Source: Eremomyces bilateralis CBS 781.70 (taxonomy: Eukaryota). Taken from it: a stretch of 52,329 nucleotides of DNA. Each line of letters starts with the position of its first letter. Within the stretch, counting starts at the first letter, position 1. Of this stretch, positions 48,004-52,329 are shown piece after piece. The stretch lies in assembly GCA_010015585.1 (NCBI GenBank), contig ML975193.1; one strand, written 5' to 3'. Both the position numbers and the translations under genes were made by a program. The notes beneath the pieces were generated by a model. That model was not told the origin of the DNA, made no database searches, and worked only from the letters and a program-made list of their open reading frames with translations.

Positions 48004-50948
48004 TCAAGTCGCACCGCCAACCGCCGGTGTCTCAACGTGAACCCGTTCGCGCTCCCTCCCCGCACCCCTCCCCTCCCTCTCTTTCCCCCGCTCCACATTC
48101 CTCTTCCTCCTCCGCACCGGCTGATACACATCATTGAAATTCATCACCATCGCCAACCACCGCATGTCCGCGTCCGGCTGGTGCAGGAGATCGCCCAGCA
48201 AGACGTTCACGCGCACGCGGAAGTCGCCCGCCAGGCTCGAGAGTCGGGATCGGAGGGCCGGGAGGAGGTCGTCCTCGCTCGTGCTGCCGAGACCGTTCAG
48301 GCCGAGGAGGGTGGGGATGGGGGAGTCGGTGGAGCGCTCGGCTCGGTGGGCGCGGCGTTTGGAACCGGCGGACGTGTCGTCCTGGGTGTCTTTTTCGGAT
48401 AGGCCCCATTTACCGGATGCGGTGCGGGTTTCGATCCGGCTGTTTCGTTCTTGTCGTCGTGTGAACTCGGCAACGCTGAACGAGTATAATCCATCCATTG
48501 CATCTTTATATGCGAGCATGATTTTAAAGAGTTCGTGCAGTTGTGCCGTGAAGTCGGTGGATGCGCCAGAGCTTCCAAGCAGACCTTTCCGAGTAATGGC
48601 GGTGAGATATTTCGCATGTGCCTCGATCAAGTCGTCAAGGGTGCTTTCTGGCTTGCTCAGGGCGGATTGTAGCTCGTTCCAGCTCGATTCGATCACCTCG
48701 AACAGGATATAGTACTGGAGCTGGTTCACGAAATGAATCATTTCCGCAACCGTGCATCGGACCCGTTTCCAATCCCCTCCGAGCTTGTCGGACACAGCCC
48801 CAAGCACCCCTCGAGCACCGGTCATGCATCGATGCCAAGTGGACCCTAAGGCAAATTCGACTCGTTTGACCCTCCAGAGGAAATTGAAGACTTTAAGGTA
48901 TTGTTTCGCGCCAAACGGGGTAACAATCACATCCACAGGGGAGTCGATCTTATACTCGAGAGTGAAGACGTCCCAGCCGATCTCCCCATGGCTTAGCTCC
49001 AACATGCGCGAATCCAGGCGGCGCAACACATCGGCAGGCTCGTACTGCGCATTGCTACTTCGAACGGCGTGTTCAAGTTGAGCGGTGAGGGTATGTCGAT
49101 ATTGGGAGTTTGCAGGCCGATCGAGGTTTGGTGCCAGGCTTTCCATTAATATTGCGATGAAATCTCCTGCCCCAAGGAGAATGTACTTTTTCAATGCTTG
49201 GAGGTGCGTGAGAAGATGGAACTTGGTGATCATTAAATGAGTCAGTCTGGCCATAGTTGTCTTGTACGCCTCGCCAATGGAGGCCTCCAGATTTGCAGTA
49301 TCGCCGTAGCCGAGGTCGCGGGAGGATGTCTTAGAATATGTCTCGACCCAGGAAGAATCGAGACAGCCATAACGGATGAAATTGAGAGACTTTCCAATGA
49401 GGAAAACCTTGTTCGCGAAGTCATTGCTCACAATGCTTGGGACCATCCGCTCGTTGACAATGTATTTTTCTTCCCAGACAGAGGTAGCACCAGGTTTTCG
49501 GTCTGCAGTGGAGTCGTTGAATTCGACGCCGCTTTGCTCGGAGACGAAGAACTCCAGGTATGGATCATTGAGCTCGCCGTCGTATATCCACAGCTTTAGC
49601 ATGTTGTAGAACGGTTTGGTGATATGGCCAAGCATACGCTCAGCAAAGCTACTGACGAATGGATCGCCGTGTGAGAGTGAGTATGAGTGGACAAGAGAAA
49701 TAAGCTCCCCGCCCTTTTTACCTAGAAATTGTCAGATCAAGGTACCTCTACCAGATTTATGTCGCGTTACCTCGAGATTTCTCCACCATGACGCTCATTA
49801 AACGAAGACCCATCGTCGCTTCTCGAGTCCAAACAACGCATCTTTTAAGAGACACACCGGCTTTGCCAATTGCATCCTGAGAGACAGAGCCTTCCAAAGT
49901 CTTCAAAGCCCTTTTGATCTGCCCTTCTAGGGCCGCTACGAGGCTAAGATACGAGCGTAGCTCAATGCTAAGCGCGGAACGGAAGCTCTGGCCCACCAAA
50001 CCCCCTTCAGCGGATTCAATGAAGGCAGATAGGGTCCGATACAGCAATGAAGGCTCGGCAAGCGTATGCAGAAGGGCGATGATTGGAACTGGAAGAGTCC
50101 GGGGAAGCTTAAGGACGGAATTGGGTGCGGTTGCGAACTGCAGATTTGTTGACGAGAGTCCTTGGAGTGTGAATGGTAGGTCTCGCAGAAGTACGCATTC
50201 AGAAGGCTCAATCGGATCTCGATCTAAACGTGTGACTGCGCGTCCATCTTGAGGATCTGATTGCTCGTCCGAAGGCTGTCGTTCAGGAGGCTGTCGTTCG
50301 GGGGCTTGACGTTCAGGAAGCTGCCGTTCAGGGGGTCGTTCAAGGGGCTGCCGTTCAAGAGGCTGTCGTCCAGGATGCTGTCGTTCAGAACGTTGCCGTC
50401 CAGGAGGCGTGTTCGGTGATTCTGGGCTGCTTGACTGTACGGGGGAGGGGGAACGTTCTGACTCGTGGAGGGTGTTCGCGGGTCGCAGGTGGGCAGGAGG
50501 TTGGGGATCGTTCCCGAGTTTGAAGAGGAAGTACAGCATTGCCCATTTTTGGTTCAAGACTCGCTGGGTCAGAAGTCTTGAGTAAAGGTTCGCGAAGCGG
50601 AGGGCTTTCTCGGGAGTGTTGTTTTCGCGGATCACTGTCCAACTATGTCAGATTCGGCGCGCGATGCAATCGATATCTCGGGGCAGTTACACTTCTTCTT
50701 TATGAGGTCGGCCGCATGGTTCACATCCGGTGGAAGCGAACCATCGGAACTCCTGGACTAGACTTTAGCAGATGAATTGCAGTACAGGCGTCCGAGAAAT
50801 ACCGTGCTATGGTCTCACCAGCCCATTCTAAGGCTTCTTCGAGCCGTTCATCCGCCACGGCTTCATCCTCATCCGGATAAACGGGTATAATCCTCGTGAG
50901 CAGTTGGGACAGAGCGTGTCGGACACGCTCCTCGGAAGGTTGGGACAT
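48004..50948 (-). CDS. SPC98: Gamma-tubulin complex component 3 (Spc98/Alp6/GCP3); 4 exons
   Basis: LLRDLPFTLQG, HGDPFV, IGKSLNFIR, ALKKYILLGAGDF, GWDVFTLEY and QYYILFEVIESSW. Confidence 0.93.
50270..50405 (-). repeat. 15-nt coding tandem repeat (QP[P/L]ER-like, about 9 units) in the GCP3 N-terminal region
   Basis: GRQRSERQHPGRQPLERQPLERPPERQLPERQAPERQPPERQPSDE. Confidence 0.85.
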
Positions 50949-51574
50949 GGCGCAATTGATATCGGTATCGTTACCACCGAGTGGGGGTGAAGTTTCGACT
51001 TGGGTGTGATCGTGCTAAGGGTTGGTTGCGCATACCGCCGAAGCCGAACCCCACTCCAAAAGAGATGTCTAGATCAAGACAGAGCGCAATCGGAGGAGCA
51101 TATATTCCTGCGTACTATATAGGTCCATGTATGGGCGTAGTGGATACACAAGGACCAGTTGGAGGAACCATGAGGGGACAATGCAGGTACGGACGCGATC
51201 CAGTCAAGGGTTCAGATGTTGATTTTAGTCTTTAGGACTTGAATGTCGAGGTGGTATGTCAACATAAAGCGCCACGAAACTGAATACTGAAATCAACCAC
51301 AGCTCAACAAACATACACGGAAGAGTCCAATATTATTGAGCCATATTATTATCTCTCCTCTAATAGAACCCTCCGCGTCCACGCGTTGGAAAGTGTGGGG
51401 ATGCTGGACCCTTGCCCCATGGTGCCTTGGTGCCTTAATTTTCATCACCTTCGGGGGGAAGAAATTGAGTTACCTTTCTTGGCATTCCCCTAAGCACAGT
51501 TCCCATGATCTTAACAGAACGCGGCGGAGAATTCACCAAAACAGACCTCTAGTAGTTGCTTAGTTAACTTAGGG

Positions 51575-52329
51575 TAGGGCTGGACACGAATAAGGATTTT
51601 GGCTATTCGTATTCGACTTTTCCCTGGGAACGATTATTCGTATTCGACTAAATTTCGAGACGTTTTATTCGTATTATTCGCGAATATTCGTAAATAATGC
51701 CAAGACTTATTCGGCAAAAGCCGAGCCAATGAATGAATGCCCAGCAGTCGCGACTTTTGTTTACCCAACATGCTCCAACTAGAGGATTTGAGCTCTAAGA
51801 GATACAAAGCATATCAATATGTTGCAACTTCTTTCTTAATATGGATGACTTATCCATGTCTCTTGGGAAGCGCCGTCTTCGCTCCGAGAGAGTTGATTAT
51901 CATCTTCTTAATGATGGCAGTGACGAGGAAGCCTCCCTAGAGAATAGCACCAGCAAAAGGCGTTGTTCAAGTGGAGCCCGCAATAGTCTCGAATTGATCT
52001 CTCCTGACGATTCAGCAAGCCAAGTAACCCCAGCTCAAGGCTCTCTATCGACCGTCTCTCCAGAGCAGGAGTTAAATGGAGACGAATTGCCGCCGTCCTC
52101 TACCGTCTCATATGAATCCGGACATCGGCGAATACGAGCACAGAATCAATCTCTATGGGAGCAATTCAAGGTTACCGTACTTCGAGACAAGCTATGGTGG
52201 CCAAAGAGGGGGACTGGGCCAGTACAAGATCGAGAGATTCGATGTATTCGGTGCGAGTGGAAGACAACGGATTCCGCGAGAGCTACCTCGACGTCGAACA
52301 TGACCCTCCACCTCTCTAAGCATAGGAAG
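51575..52329 (+). mobile_element. Left end of a hAT-like DNA transposon, cut by the window edge
   Basis: TAGGGCTG terminus, clustered subterminal TATTCG repeats at 51604-51713, then a BED-finger ORF. Confidence 0.75.
51841..52329 (+). CDS. N-terminus of a BED zinc-finger transposase (partial)
   Basis: Open to the window end: MDDLSMSLGKRRLR...ISPDDSASQ...LWEQF...IRCIRCEW...STSNMTLHLSKH. Not present in the supplied ORF track. Confidence 0.75.
   Translation, partial: MDDLSMSLGKRRLRSERVDYHLLNDGSDEEASLENSTSKRRCSSGARNSLELISPDDSASQVTPAQGSLSTVSPEQELNGDELPPSSTVSYESGHRRIRAQNQSLWEQFKVTVLRDKLWWPKRGTGPVQDREIRCIRCEWKTTDSARATSTSNMTLHLSKHRK

Noticed and set aside
51569..51579. TTAGGGTAGGG telomere-like sequence
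   Set aside because: Fewer than two full units; explained by the target site abutting the transposon terminus.
1..52329. tRNA, rRNA or CRISPR arrays
   Set aside because: None recognised by eye; the sequence is eukaryotic and shows no repeat-spacer periodicity. A covariance-model scan was not run.

Overview
Gene-dense genomic DNA from a filamentous ascomycete (short GT-AG introns with CTRAC branch points). It is mostly core genes: YRB30, SUP35/eRF3, SPF30, a Yap1-type bZIP, an Rgt1-like Zn2Cys6 factor, a multi-zinc-knuckle protein, a methyltransferase, a class I chitin synthase, PRE9, a WW/FF protein and GCP3/Spc98. The most interesting element is a head-to-head pair encoding a two-subunit biotin-dependent acyl-CoA carboxylase. 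Its alpha subunit ends in a PTS1 (AKL), its beta subunit begins with a PTS2-like nonapeptide, and the shared promoter carries two FarA-type CCGAGG sites, which together suggest a peroxisomal, fatty-acid-induced carboxylase module. Other notable items are a PD-(D/E)XK-like gene next to an intronless bacterial-looking gene, an unlisted 47-aa membrane microprotein, an intronless GH13 with paired CGG-N9-CGG upstream sites, a nitrate-transporter pseudogene with RIP-type mutations, a 34-nt homopolymer frameshift in the Zn2Cys6 gene, and the left end of a hAT-like transposon at the right edge. Family assignments come from motif recognition only; no database searches were run.
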